Shown here in pieces: positions 9,914 through 19,719 of a stretch of 64,000 nucleotides of DNA. Origin of the DNA: Limnochordia bacterium (GTDB taxonomy: Bacteria; Bacillota; Limnochordia; DTU080). The position numbers and the translations under genes were made by a program. The notes below the pieces were generated by a model. That model saw only the letters and a list, made by a program, of their open reading frames with translations, had not been told where the DNA came from and did not search any database. Position 1 is the first letter of the stretch. The number at the start of each line of letters is the position of its first letter. The stretch covers positions 68,762-132,761 of the forward strand of contig JBMNJG010000009.1 of the NCBI GenBank assembly GCA_050951545.1, given 5' to 3'.

Positions 9914-10302
9914 GGAACTCACCTCACACAACCGGGAACATATGTTCGCCCCGTTGTGACTTCCTTCTACCCGCCCAGGCAGGATCCTGCCTCTCATGCA
10001 AGAAAAATGGCTTGGCCAAAAAGCGATACTGTTTTCCGGTCACGTGCTGTGCGTCAGTCTTAGAAGAGGCACAAAAAAGATCGAAGCTCCGGTGCAGCGC
10101 TACTTAAGGCGTGACCTATCGGGTGGGTGAAGTCGCCGAGTTGCATCGTATTCCTACGCACATCCTTGTGCGTACTCTTCAGGAGGCGCATTCCGATGCT
10201 TGATGTGACACAGAGGGGGCAGCGACGACGTTGGAGGCGCTACGCGTGCGTCACGGTCTTTCCGCTGATGATTCAAGCAAGGGGTGCTACCTGCGGTAAT
10301 AA

Positions 10303-12059
10303 ATCGAGTAGGGTGACGCTCGCTGATCACGCGAGCGTCAGCCCTCTCACAGAACCGTACGTGCGGACCTCGCATACGGCTCCTGAAGAACATGATCCCT
10401 ATGTTCGGTAGAGATGCAGAACCCCAACCTTATACCGGGTCAAGTCGACAAGACCCTGTTGGTCGAACCAACAGTTCGGAAGAGCCATACTGAGAAGGGG
10501 ACTGGCGGAGCCGGACCCGATCCTTGAAGCGCTTGATGCGCTTGGGGTGTATCGACACGCACTTGGCGTAGATGACAAAACCCAGGAAGGGTACACCGCG
10601 GTATACATCCGCAATGTGCGTCTTCTGCCGGTTGACAACCAACCTCAGATCCTCTTCCAGGATCTGGGTGGCAGTCTCCCGGTAGCGTTCCGCTTGCCTT
10701 GGGCTCCGCGCAAAGATCAGAATATCATCCGCATAGCGGACGATCCGAATCCCTTGCGCCATCATCTCCTGGTCAAATGCATCCAGGTAGATGTTGCACA
10801 GCAACGGTGAGATCACCCCGCCCTGGGGGCTGCCAATCTCTGTCTCCTCCCAAGATCCATCAGCTACCGCACCAGCCTCCTTCGCCAGGCGTATCGAAGC
10901 GTCCGCTCCAACAATGGAGTTCCCGGCATAAATGGGGAGACCGTGAAGGAGTTCGGAGCGCAACTCGACGAACGGCTGCATCAGATCCATCTGGAGCTGA
11001 AGACCAACACCTACCAACCAAGTCCAGTCAGATCGAGTGGAGATCGACAAAGCATGACGGCGGCAAACGGCCGCTAGGGATTCCCACGGTGCGGGATCGC
11101 GTAGTGCAAGAAGCACTGCGTCGGGTGATCGAGCCCATTCTTGAGCCCCACTTCCACCCATCAAGCTATGCGTACCGGCCGGAACGCTCGCTGTCACATG
11201 GCCGTGGCCAAAGCTGAGGCGTTCATCAATCGCTATGGGCTCAACACGCGACGTAGTGGATATGGACCTGTCGAAATGCTTCGCACCGACTGCGACCACG
11301 AGCTTATGTTGCAGGCCGTGAACCGCCGCATCAGCGACGGCCGCGTCATCTGGCTTTGATCCCTTGGGCCCAGTTGGTTGCAGTGTACTTCCCCAGACTT
11401 CCGGGACGTCTCTAGCTCATGGCAATCTACCCCGGTGCATCTGCGTACTCTGCCGGGCAGTCGCACCCCCCAGCTGCTCGTCACAGCTGGTTGGGCCGTA
11501 CCCACCCGCATTTCAGCGGGTCATTGTCTTCCCAATAACTCAGCTTCGTCTCGCTTAGACTCACTTCTGTTCTTCTTCGCCCCTTCGCAGCCACGCTCGC
11601 CCTTCGGCTGGCGTGGTCACTCACAGTGGCGTGAGCGTCCCCTGCGTTTTCCCCTCCCGGCTGTTGCCAGCGTTCATCGGCGTAGGGTTCATCACTACTA
11701 TGGGCTCATCTGACTCCCGCTCCGCTTCGGAGAAGCCTTGCGTTTCCGCTTGTGCCTTCCTTACTTGCACCTTCCTGCAAGACGGTGGCGAGCCTCCCCG
11801 GGTAAGTCTGTCGGCCTGAGCATGAGCACTTCCGTCCTAACCCATCAGGTTATCCAGCTATCGGGCTTTCCCATATCTCGCAGGGTTACCCACCTGACAG
11901 GCCAGCATCGGTTCGCTTGCGCCAAGTCCCATGCTCTCCCTTCGGCTTCCTCCAGACACCCTGTTACCAGGAATGCCCTTGCCTACGGGTTCCCTTCCCG
12001 CTGGTTGGGTGGTGAGGGTCTCTTTCAACCCTCTGGCGCAACAGACATGCCGGGCGCAC
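10303..12059 (-). mobile_element. group II intron, class C (IIC), degenerate
   Basis: 5' end GTGCGCCCGGCATG at 12059; short domain V GAGCCGTATGCGAGGTCCGCACGTACGGTTC (10382-10352); domain VI ending CCCTACTCGAT at 10303; located just downstream of a terminator stem-loop; RT remnants inside. Confidence 0.92.
10399..11362 (-). pseudogene. ltrA: group II intron reverse transcriptase/maturase, disrupted by inversion, deletion and frameshifts
   Basis: Minus strand 10880-10510 has GSPQGGVISPLLCNIYLD, RYADD and FLGF; plus strand 10878-11362 has GVPGINGET, KRPLGIPTVRDRVVQEA, SSYAYRPER and VVDMDLSKCF; most of domain X is missing. Confidence 0.88.
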
Positions 12060-12060
12060 A

Positions 12061-12094
12061 CGAAAGGGCTGCCCAAAGTCGGGCAGCCCTTTCG
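12061..12094 (-). terminator. terminator stem-loop of SBP gene; target structure of the IIC intron
   Basis: 14-bp perfect stem CGAAAGGGCTGCCC/GGGCAGCCCTTTCG, 22 nt after the stop at 12117 and 1 nt before the intron 5' end. Confidence 0.85.
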
Positions 12095-12116
12095 CACGCA
12101 GTCGCGCCACGTCTCC

Positions 12117-13421
12117 CTACTTGCCTTGTCCATCCCGGACCCGAGCATTCACCAATGCAGCCACTTGGGGTAGCTCGGCCTGCGGTGATGTCTCACCCCT
12201 CAGCATACGCCCCACGGCTGGGCCAAGAATGGTCGTGTTTATGTTGGCGAAGCCCACCGGGTAACTATCAATGGAGGCATAGTTGTAGGAATTGACGAGG
12301 GCCTGAATGTTTCTCATCGAATCGGGCTCCTTGAGTCCCAATCCACCACTTCGCGCCTGTGACCAATACTTCGATATGGCTCGAGATGAAGCACCCCCCC
12401 GCCCGCTAGTCAGCAGGCTGAGCTGTGCCTCATCTGAAGCAAGGAATTTCAGGACCTCCCAGGCCAGGTCTGGATTAGGGGCACTAGCTGGAATCGCCCA
12501 TCCGGCCGTCGCCCCTCTAGCCAACTTTGAACCTACAGGCGCCGTGGGCAACTCCTCTACGTCCCATCGGTCAGCTAGATGCAATCCCCAGGCCGTCGCA
12601 TAGTGGGGCCAAGTCAGAATCATGCCTAGCTTGCCATTGACCCAATCCGGAAACTCCCTACCACCGCCATATACCGGATGGGCCACCTTATCTCGGACAA
12701 ATAGGCCTGCCATCCAATCAAACGCCGCGATGGCTCGATGATCAGCTAGGTTACACGTCTGCCCGTCGGGTGACATCATGTCAACTCCCCACCAGCGCCA
12801 GACATACTCATGCAACAGTCCTGTCTGCAGACCCCATGTGTCAGGCGTGCCATCACCATGGGCGTCGATGGTGAGTTTCCGCGCAGCCGTCACCATGTCT
12901 GGCAGGCCCCATTTGTTGGTCGGAGAAGCAAGTCCTTGATTGTCAAACAATGCCCGATTATAGGCAAGTACGATCGTAGTAAGCTGCCAGGGAAACCCGG
13001 TCACTTCGCCGTTCGGGCTCGTGAAATATCCCATGAGATCCTTTGGGAACACACCCACATTGAACTTATCTCGCTGGATGAACGGCCGTAAGTCAAGGAA
13101 AGCGCCTATTTCGGCAAAATCCCGATGCCAGTCCTGATGAGTACAGACCAAATCAGGCGCCGCACCACCTGCTACAGCGAGCAGCAGGGCCTCGCCATTG
13201 CGCACATTCCTTGTGTCGTAGCTTAGCGTGATATTCGGATGACGCTGCCGGAATATGTCGAGCGTTTCGTTCTCCGCTTGCTGACCCGGGCCAGTTGTCC
13301 ACGTCCAGAAGGTGATCTCTTTGGCCAACAGATTACCGGATAAGATGCCCAATGCAAGCAGACCGAAGGCAAGAACCTTAGCCAACCTAGCCAACATTTT
13401 CACAGATGATCCATGCCTCAT
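12117..13421 (-). CDS. sugar ABC transporter solute-binding protein (family 1)
   Basis: Signal peptide; ITFWTW, AGGAAPDLV, AYNRALFD and AWEVLKFL motifs. Confidence 0.88.
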   Translation of the reverse strand: MRHGSSVKMLARLAKVLAFGLLALGILSGNLLAKEITFWTWTTGPGQQAENETLDIFRQRHPNITLSYDTRNVRNGEALLLAVAGGAAPDLVCTHQDWHRDFAEIGAFLDLRPFIQRDKFNVGVFPKDLMGYFTSPNGEVTGFPWQLTTIVLAYNRALFDNQGLASPTNKWGLPDMVTAARKLTIDAHGDGTPDTWGLQTGLLHEYVWRWWGVDMMSPDGQTCNLADHRAIAAFDWMAGLFVRDKVAHPVYGGGREFPDWVNGKLGMILTWPHYATAWGLHLADRWDVEELPTAPVGSKLARGATAGWAIPASAPNPDLAWEVLKFLASDEAQLSLLTSGRGGASSRAISKYWSQARSGGLGLKEPDSMRNIQALVNSYNYASIDSYPVGFANINTTILGPAVGRMLRGETSPQAELPQVAALVNARVRDGQGK

Positions 13422-13547
13422 GATAATACCCCCTTCAGCCCTCTAATTGGAATTTTGCGGAGACTAAATGGACCCTGCCCACAAACCTCCGCCATCGCCT
13501 ATCGCCAGCATCAAGATGCCGCCTGTGTAGCACCCTCAGACACCCCA

Positions 13548-14297
13548 CTAGCCCCGGACGTACGGCTCGACCACTGTAGTGCCACCCCGAACAATACAGT
13601 CTATATCTGTCCCCACAGTCACAAACAAGAATCCAGCTTTCAGCCATTTGCCGTTGTCTCCGGGCTCAAAGATGCCCGGGATCTTGCCCGTTTTGTGGCA
13701 CGCCTCAAGCACTTTCAGGATGGCTGCATCGTGAATGGGATCACCCCGCTCCACCCCCAGGGACAGAGCCAGGTCCTTGGGACCTATCCAGCAGCCGTCA
13801 ATGCCATCCACGGCAAGGATGTCGGTAGCGCGCTCAGCACCGAGTCGTGTTTCGATCTGGACAGCGATGAATATCTCGTCGTTGATGTCTTTTTCGCTCA
13901 GGCGTTGCCAGTCGCGCATGAAGGCACCACCAGTGGAGCGCCGACCTTGGGGTGCGTAGCGGGCGGCGTCCACGATGGCCCGTGCCTGCTCCACGCTCTC
14001 CACCATCGGAATTACCACGCCGAGAGCCCCACGATCTAACACTGCGCCAATGGCAAAGAAGTCATTCGAGGTGACTCGAGCCATGCCAATCTGCCCCGCC
14101 TCACCGACATCTCGCAATGCGACTCCGATAGTGTTCAGATCCCAAGCGCCATGTTGGGCGTCAAGTAGCAGGAAATCGAACTCGGTATGTACGAGCACAC
14201 TCGCCACCTTCACCGACCCCAACTGAAGCAACGCCCCTAACGCGGGCTTTCCTTCCGTCATCCGTGCCTTTGTCCGGTTGAGTTTCAGTTCCAGCAC
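13548..14297 (-). CDS. HpcH/HpaI aldolase family protein
   Basis: DFLLLDAQHG, LDRGALGVVIPMV, VQIET and IGPKDL motifs. Confidence 0.9.
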   Translation of the reverse strand: MLELKLNRTKARMTEGKPALGALLQLGSVKVASVLVHTEFDFLLLDAQHGAWDLNTIGVALRDVGEAGQIGMARVTSNDFFAIGAVLDRGALGVVIPMVESVEQARAIVDAARYAPQGRRSTGGAFMRDWQRLSEKDINDEIFIAVQIETRLGAERATDILAVDGIDGCWIGPKDLALSLGVERGDPIHDAAILKVLEACHKTGKIPGIFEPGDNGKWLKAGFLFVTVGTDIDCIVRGGTTVVEPYVRG

Positions 14298-14315
14298 CCC
14301 TTTCTAGGCGAGGCA

Positions 14316-15455
14316 CTATCCCCGCAAAAACCCCGCATCAATATCACCCCGTGATGATAGGGGTTTCCTTAACCGATCTAGAGCCTCGTCATTCAACTCC
14401 ACGCCGAGCCCCGGGCCTTCAGGCACTTGCACATGGCCGTCGATGAAACGCACTCCCTCTTTCACTACGTCATCCAGGTAGAGAAGAGGACCCACAGGAT
14501 CCGAGTGGTAGTCCAACCGAGGGCAAGAGGCCCCAACGTGCGCTTGGGCCGCGGTAGCAATGCTCGTCTCTTGTGTGGTGCCAATCAGGCACTCCATGCC
14601 CGCCATATCCGCCAAGTCTAGCAGGCGACGTGCCCCGGTGATGCCGCCCGCTACGGACACGGAAACATTGAAGATATCCACGCTACGTTCCTTAATCACC
14701 CGAAGTGCGTACTCCTCACTGTGGATGTGCTCGCTTATGGGACTCGATACACCGCTCCGCACCTCGGCCATCCCGTCCACGTCATAGCGATTTACAGGAG
14801 ATTCGTAGAGATCGAAACCATATGGGTGCAAGCGCTCCCACAGCCGAATGGCTTCTTTCACCGTCAAAAGTCCACTGGCATCGATAGCCACGACACGTGC
14901 TTTTCCCCCAAACCTTTGCTGAAACCGGGCCATGAACGCCTCGTCTATCTCGGTATTGGCCCCCACGTAAACTCTGAAGTGATTGAAACCTTGCGCTAGT
15001 CGTCCGGCGACCACTTCCAGATTGGCCTCCACATCACTCATGCGCTTCATGCGGAAGATGGGGTAGCAAATAGGGATGGCCTGGCGACTGCGCCCGCCAA
15101 TCAGATCACACACGGGCTGATTCGTTGCCTTCCCCAACACATCCCAAATGGCAATGTCCACACCACAGCGGACTGGACTCGACTTTCCGCCAAAACGTGT
15201 GCCGGGAAACACGGCGGCGAGCACGGCGTATATTTCCGTCACGTTCTGCGGGCGACGCCCGCGCAACACATCATTCAGGCAAAGCTCCAGGTCCGTAACG
15301 TCAGGCATGATGGCCGGGGCGTGGGATAGATCTGGCATCTCACCAATGCCATAGATGCCTTGGTCAGTATTGATACGCACGATGACATGAGCGCTGGGAT
15401 GATGTTCATGTCGCCGTGTTACAATCGGTACGAGTTCGATGTTGGTGATGCGCAC
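14316..15455 (-). CDS. mandelate racemase/muconate lactonising enzyme (enolase superfamily)
   Basis: GVDIAIWDVLGK, metal ligands D...E...E, VPEGPGLGVE. Confidence 0.88.
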   Translation of the reverse strand: MRITNIELVPIVTRRHEHHPSAHVIVRINTDQGIYGIGEMPDLSHAPAIMPDVTDLELCLNDVLRGRRPQNVTEIYAVLAAVFPGTRFGGKSSPVRCGVDIAIWDVLGKATNQPVCDLIGGRSRQAIPICYPIFRMKRMSDVEANLEVVAGRLAQGFNHFRVYVGANTEIDEAFMARFQQRFGGKARVVAIDASGLLTVKEAIRLWERLHPYGFDLYESPVNRYDVDGMAEVRSGVSSPISEHIHSEEYALRVIKERSVDIFNVSVSVAGGITGARRLLDLADMAGMECLIGTTQETSIATAAQAHVGASCPRLDYHSDPVGPLLYLDDVVKEGVRFIDGHVQVPEGPGLGVELNDEALDRLRKPLSSRGDIDAGFLRG

Positions 15456-15501
15456 GGCGGTGCCTCCCTCTCAGTGTGTCGCCCTTGTTGCCAACCCTGG
15501 C

Positions 15502-16078
15502 CTAGCTTGGAAGCAAAGCACTTTCGGCTCCGATAGACGTGCAAAGCACCAAGGCATAGTCGGCTAGTGGCACCCTAAGCTCACATTTGCCATCCCGCGT
15601 CTCATCCTCCATCTGGTAAACACTACCAGGCGCGACCTTCCGGTGCCAGGACTCAGAAACGAACGTTGTCCGGTTCGTTCCAGATCTCGTAGTGTGTCAC
15701 GCGATCTCTGAAGAATGCCACTAACGCCTTAACGTAGCTCACCCATGCCTGTTCAGTTTCCGGATCACCCAGGGGGACTTGGCCCGTGACAATCTGATAC
15801 CCCTCAGCTGCGGCTGAGGGGTAGATGGGATTACCAAAGCCAACGCAGAACCAGGGCCGAATGCCATAGGAAAGGAGGCAGTTTACCTGATCATCAAGCC
15901 ACGTAGAGTCATATTCGCCCATCTGGGGAAAGACGGGTCTGTAGTCGAATAGGTCCCGATCAAGGGTTTCGCAACCGACACCACACCTGGAGCTCTCTAT
16001 GCTGAGGCTGTCTCGCGGCCTGAGCACTCCAACGCACTTTAGTCCAAACTGGTCGCAGATGCCCTTGCTTCCTAACAT
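15502..16078 (-). pseudogene. internally deleted paralog of the adjacent GH39-like gene
   Basis: ORF 15653..16078 aligns to the N-terminus of 16101..17525 with a 21-codon deletion; C-terminal remnant VYQMED...VPLADYALVLC...* ends at 15502. Confidence 0.85.
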
Positions 16079-16100
16079 GTCGTTCTCCTTCTACGGCTCG

Positions 16101-17525
16101 CTAGGGATGCCGGCTCACTAACAAGACGCTGTCACAAGCTGCTGGCGCGCAAAGCACCAGCCCATAGTCAGCCAACGGCAGCGTGAAGTCATACCCCGCA
16201 TCTGTGGCTTCACCATCGACCTCATAGACATTCCCACTAAGTAGGTCAACTAATAGAGCCTCGCCCCAGTCACCCTCAAGCTGCATTCGTATTGGTTTGT
16301 GCACCAACGACTCACCAAAGGTTCCTTCTTGCCAGTAGGCCACCAGCATATCCCCGATCGTGCTGGCAAAGTGGTAAGCCTTAACGCCCGGCACTTTGTG
16401 CCCCCTCGTGGACCCCAGGGACTGCGCGCCCCACCGACGAAGAACGGGCTGCACGGAACCCGTAAATAGGCTACAGATCCTTTGGTAGGCATAGAACGAA
16501 GGTTTTCGGGAAGCGTCGGATCCACGCAATAGGCCCTTGGGATTCACCATTTTCGGATCACGATAGCCGATCAGATCTATGGCCTGGTGCCACGATACCA
16601 AACCGATACCGATGCCTAGATTGCACAGTACATGCCTACTCAGCCACTTTGCCTGGATAGTTTCGGACGTCTCGTTGCAGTAAGCACGAGCACCCGCCCC
16701 GCTAGGTATGGAAGGGTACCCCGACTCGCCTTGCCAAAGCTCAATTCGTGGGTTAAACTCCGCTACTGTAGCCTGTAGTCGGCGCACTTCCTCTTCATAG
16801 TCGCGATCGGGGGGATAGCCGTAGCTGTGAAAAGTGAGAACATCAATGATGCCGGGATCCTTAGTGCTTTGAAAAAACTCCCTGACCCACGCCAAACCTG
16901 TGGGGGTTAAGGCCCGGCCCGTCATACCGATGGCCACGATCTTGGCCTCTGGGTACACCTCCTTGATGCTGGGTGCTGTGAGATCAAAAAGCCGGGCATA
17001 GGTGGCACCAGTGGAGGGGAGGTTACGCCAGAAGGCGGCAATATCGGGCTCGTTCCAGATTTCGTAGTATGTCACGCGTCCCTTGAAATGCGTAACCAAA
17101 GCCTCAACGTAATTCACCCACGCTTGTTCAGTTTCCACGTCTCCCAAAGGTACCTGCCCTACGGCAGCCTGATAGCCCTCAGCTGCGGCCGTAGTGTAGA
17201 CAGGATTGCCGTAGCTAACGCAGAACCAGGGCTGAACCCCATGGGAAATGAGGCTATCCACCTGTTCATCTAACCATGTGAAGTTGTACTCACCTTTGGT
17301 TCTCTCGCATTTCGCCCATCCGGTCTGCAAGCGCGCCCACTTTACACCCAACTCACCCATCTGGGGAAAGACGGGCCCCGGGTCAAAGAGATCGCGGTCT
17401 AGAGTCTCGCAGCCAACACCACATCTGGAACTGTCGATGCTGAGACTATGGCGCGATTTCAGCACCCCGACACGCCGCAAACCAAACTGGTCACAGAGGC
17501 CATTACCATCTAACATTCGATTCAT
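16101..17525 (-). CDS. GH39-like (clan GH-A) glycoside hydrolase
   Basis: Acid/base YYEIWNEPD, nucleophile LWQGESG, KPSFYAY motif. Confidence 0.82.
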   Translation of the reverse strand: MNRMLDGNGLCDQFGLRRVGVLKSRHSLSIDSSRCGVGCETLDRDLFDPGPVFPQMGELGVKWARLQTGWAKCERTKGEYNFTWLDEQVDSLISHGVQPWFCVSYGNPVYTTAAAEGYQAAVGQVPLGDVETEQAWVNYVEALVTHFKGRVTYYEIWNEPDIAAFWRNLPSTGATYARLFDLTAPSIKEVYPEAKIVAIGMTGRALTPTGLAWVREFFQSTKDPGIIDVLTFHSYGYPPDRDYEEEVRRLQATVAEFNPRIELWQGESGYPSIPSGAGARAYCNETSETIQAKWLSRHVLCNLGIGIGLVSWHQAIDLIGYRDPKMVNPKGLLRGSDASRKPSFYAYQRICSLFTGSVQPVLRRWGAQSLGSTRGHKVPGVKAYHFASTIGDMLVAYWQEGTFGESLVHKPIRMQLEGDWGEALLVDLLSGNVYEVDGEATDAGYDFTLPLADYGLVLCAPAACDSVLLVSRHP

Positions 17526-17553
17526 CTACTCCTTCCGCATTCCGCTTGTGCTA

Positions 17554-18330
17554 CTACACTTCATCCCTCGTGGAGCGTAACTGCGCCATCACTCCACCAT
17601 CCACTGTGATGGTACCGCCAGTGATGTAAGCACCGTCGTCTGAACACAGAAAGACTACGACCCCGGCAACATCGTCTGGTACACCTTCACGCCCTAACGG
17701 AACAAACGCCTTGCGCAGTGCGAGTACGTCTGGTGAGACGTTATTCCAGCGTCCCGTGCGGATCGCCCCGGGTACCACTGTGTTCACCCTGATCCCCAAA
17801 GGCGCAAGCTCCAACGCGAGTGAACGAGTAGCTGCCTCCAAGGCTCCTTTGCTTGCGTCATAGGCGACTCGCCCACGGTGGCCGCGACGGGCACCGTTTG
17901 AACTGATGTTGACGATTACGCCCGCTCGCTCCCTCTGCATCATCTGCGCTCCCAGTTGTGCACAAAGCAGGGCAGACGTAACGTTTACTCGGAAAATGGA
18001 CTCCCAATCCTGTGGCTGCGTGTCTAGGAACGGCCCGCCCAAACCCAAAGCGGCGGCATTGTTTACCAGAATATCTAGTCGGGCCTCCTGAGACTGCAGT
18101 AGCTCAAACATGCTGTACACTTGCTCAAGTTCCGACAGGTCGGCCCATATTGGCCGACACTGTCCATCCGTCCGAGACGCAAATTCAGCGGCCTTTTGCT
18201 GGGCGCTATCAAAAGAGCGTCCATGCGCATACACGGTTACACCTTCGCGGAGAAGCCGCTCAGATATGGCCGCACCGATATGACCTGTGGCCCCCGTGAC
18301 CATGGCCACCTTCCCCGTAAGACCTCTCAT
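17554..18330 (-). CDS. short-chain dehydrogenase/reductase (SDR)
   Basis: TGATGHIG, NNAA, YDASK and VDGG motifs. Confidence 0.92.
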   Translation of the reverse strand: MRGLTGKVAMVTGATGHIGAAISERLLREGVTVYAHGRSFDSAQQKAAEFASRTDGQCRPIWADLSELEQVYSMFELLQSQEARLDILVNNAAALGLGGPFLDTQPQDWESIFRVNVTSALLCAQLGAQMMQRERAGVIVNISSNGARRGHRGRVAYDASKGALEAATRSLALELAPLGIRVNTVVPGAIRTGRWNNVSPDVLALRKAFVPLGREGVPDDVAGVVVFLCSDDGAYITGGTITVDGGVMAQLRSTRDEV

Positions 18331-18684
18331 TGGTTTTCACCGCTACCCACGATACCGGGCCCCCATTCCGCGACGTAGTCCATGACATTTGAGAACTGAT
18401 GTTGCAGCACCTGTTTGCATCGATACCCCTCGTATGTGCAATATACCACGAGCAAACCAGGTTTCCTCCCCATGTGACATCCTTTTTTCACCCGTCTTTT
18501 TCACTAGTGGCCGCCAATGCTACCTTGGCCGTCACAAAAGGGTGGAAGGTTGATTGCTTTCATTGCACGGCTGTTTCTCTTGCTGACGCCGAGCGTTTGC
18601 TTGGTTATGTGCATTGCAGGACAGTGCATCGCCCATGCAGAAAAACCTAAGCGACAATAGCTATTCACGAGGTGACACATCGGC

Positions 18685-19716
18685 GTGACCCGCTATACCC
18701 TGCGTGAGATAAGTGACAAAGCTGGTGTTTCCATTAGCACCGTCTCCCGAGTACTTTCTGGCAAGAGCCTTGTCAGCGATGATTCGCGACTCAAGGTGCA
18801 TACTGCAATTGAGGAATTGCGCAAGGAAACACAGCTTAGCGTACCTAGCCCGCTTACGGGTGGACTCATCGGCTTTTTCATACCAGCCCCTATGAGCTAC
18901 ATCCCCACCCAGACCTTGGTGAATCAAACGCTCACCGAGGCGATTCGTGAGCACGCACAGCGGCACGGGTGCAACCTCGTATTTGGTACATGGAGTGCGG
19001 GAAGTGGCCCCAACACACCAGGCGACCAACTCCTACGGGAAAACCGCCTGTCAGGAGCCATCTTTGCTCGTACCCGAGTGGGCGACGAGCAACGCCTGTG
19101 TCAACCTGAACTCGGATTCGAGCTTCCCATAGTGATGATTAACCGAATGGTGCAGGCTGAGGGCTTGATGTGTGTCGGTGTGAAGCATGAAATGGTGGGC
19201 AGGATAGCCGCCAGACACCTACTGGACTTGGGGCATACTGCCATTGGATTGATCGGCGGTCCGCAAGACACGCAGTCCTTTGCTGGTAGAGCCCGCGGCT
19301 TTCGCGATGAGCTGCAGCAAGCGCACATGGAGCCTCGATCGGACTGGATTGTGACCCCTAACCTGGACCCGGATGCTGTGCGCGAAGCAGTGGGGCCCAT
19401 ACTAGATGCGAAAAAGAGACCCACCGCGATTTGCGCGGGTAATGACCGGATGGCCTTAGTGGTGTTGCAGGAGGCGCAAAAACGCGGTATCTCGATACCC
19501 GGGGAGCTTTCGGTCATTGGGGTTGACGGTTTGATCGAAGGCGAACTCGCCGTACCAGCGCTCACCACAATCGCCATGCCCTGGGCAACCATGGGCCGAT
19601 TGGCCGTAGACCTGATCGCTCAAAGCGTTCTGTGTCCCGAGATCAGTGGTGCCACGGTAACCCTTGATGTCTCACTGCTCATTCGCGAGTCAACAGCCCG
19701 CCCCAGAGGTGAGTGA
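18685..19716 (+). CDS. LacI family transcriptional regulator
   Basis: TLREISDKAGVSISTVSRVL HTH; PALTTI...IREST C-terminus. Confidence 0.93.
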   Translation: MTRYTLREISDKAGVSISTVSRVLSGKSLVSDDSRLKVHTAIEELRKETQLSVPSPLTGGLIGFFIPAPMSYIPTQTLVNQTLTEAIREHAQRHGCNLVFGTWSAGSGPNTPGDQLLRENRLSGAIFARTRVGDEQRLCQPELGFELPIVMINRMVQAEGLMCVGVKHEMVGRIAARHLLDLGHTAIGLIGGPQDTQSFAGRARGFRDELQQAHMEPRSDWIVTPNLDPDAVREAVGPILDAKKRPTAICAGNDRMALVVLQEAQKRGISIPGELSVIGVDGLIEGELAVPALTTIAMPWATMGRLAVDLIAQSVLCPEISGATVTLDVSLLIRESTARPRGE

Positions 19717-19719
19717 CAA

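Noticed and set aside
10155-10174. Hairpin TACGCACA-TCCT-TGTGCGTA upstream of the nuclease gene as a riboswitch or element end
   Set aside because: An 8-bp stem alone is insufficient, and I recognised no matching RNA family or partner terminal repeat.
10430-11299. 289 aa ORF as a novel RT with a unique N-terminus
   Set aside because: Its N-terminal half is the antisense reading of the inverted RT segment, so it is a chimera created by the inversion.
10399-11362. DGR, retron or defence RT linked to the repeat array
   Set aside because: The RT lies within clear group II intron boundaries (GTGCG 5' end, domains V/VI). No TR/VR pair with adenine-specific mismatches or msr-msd structure was seen.
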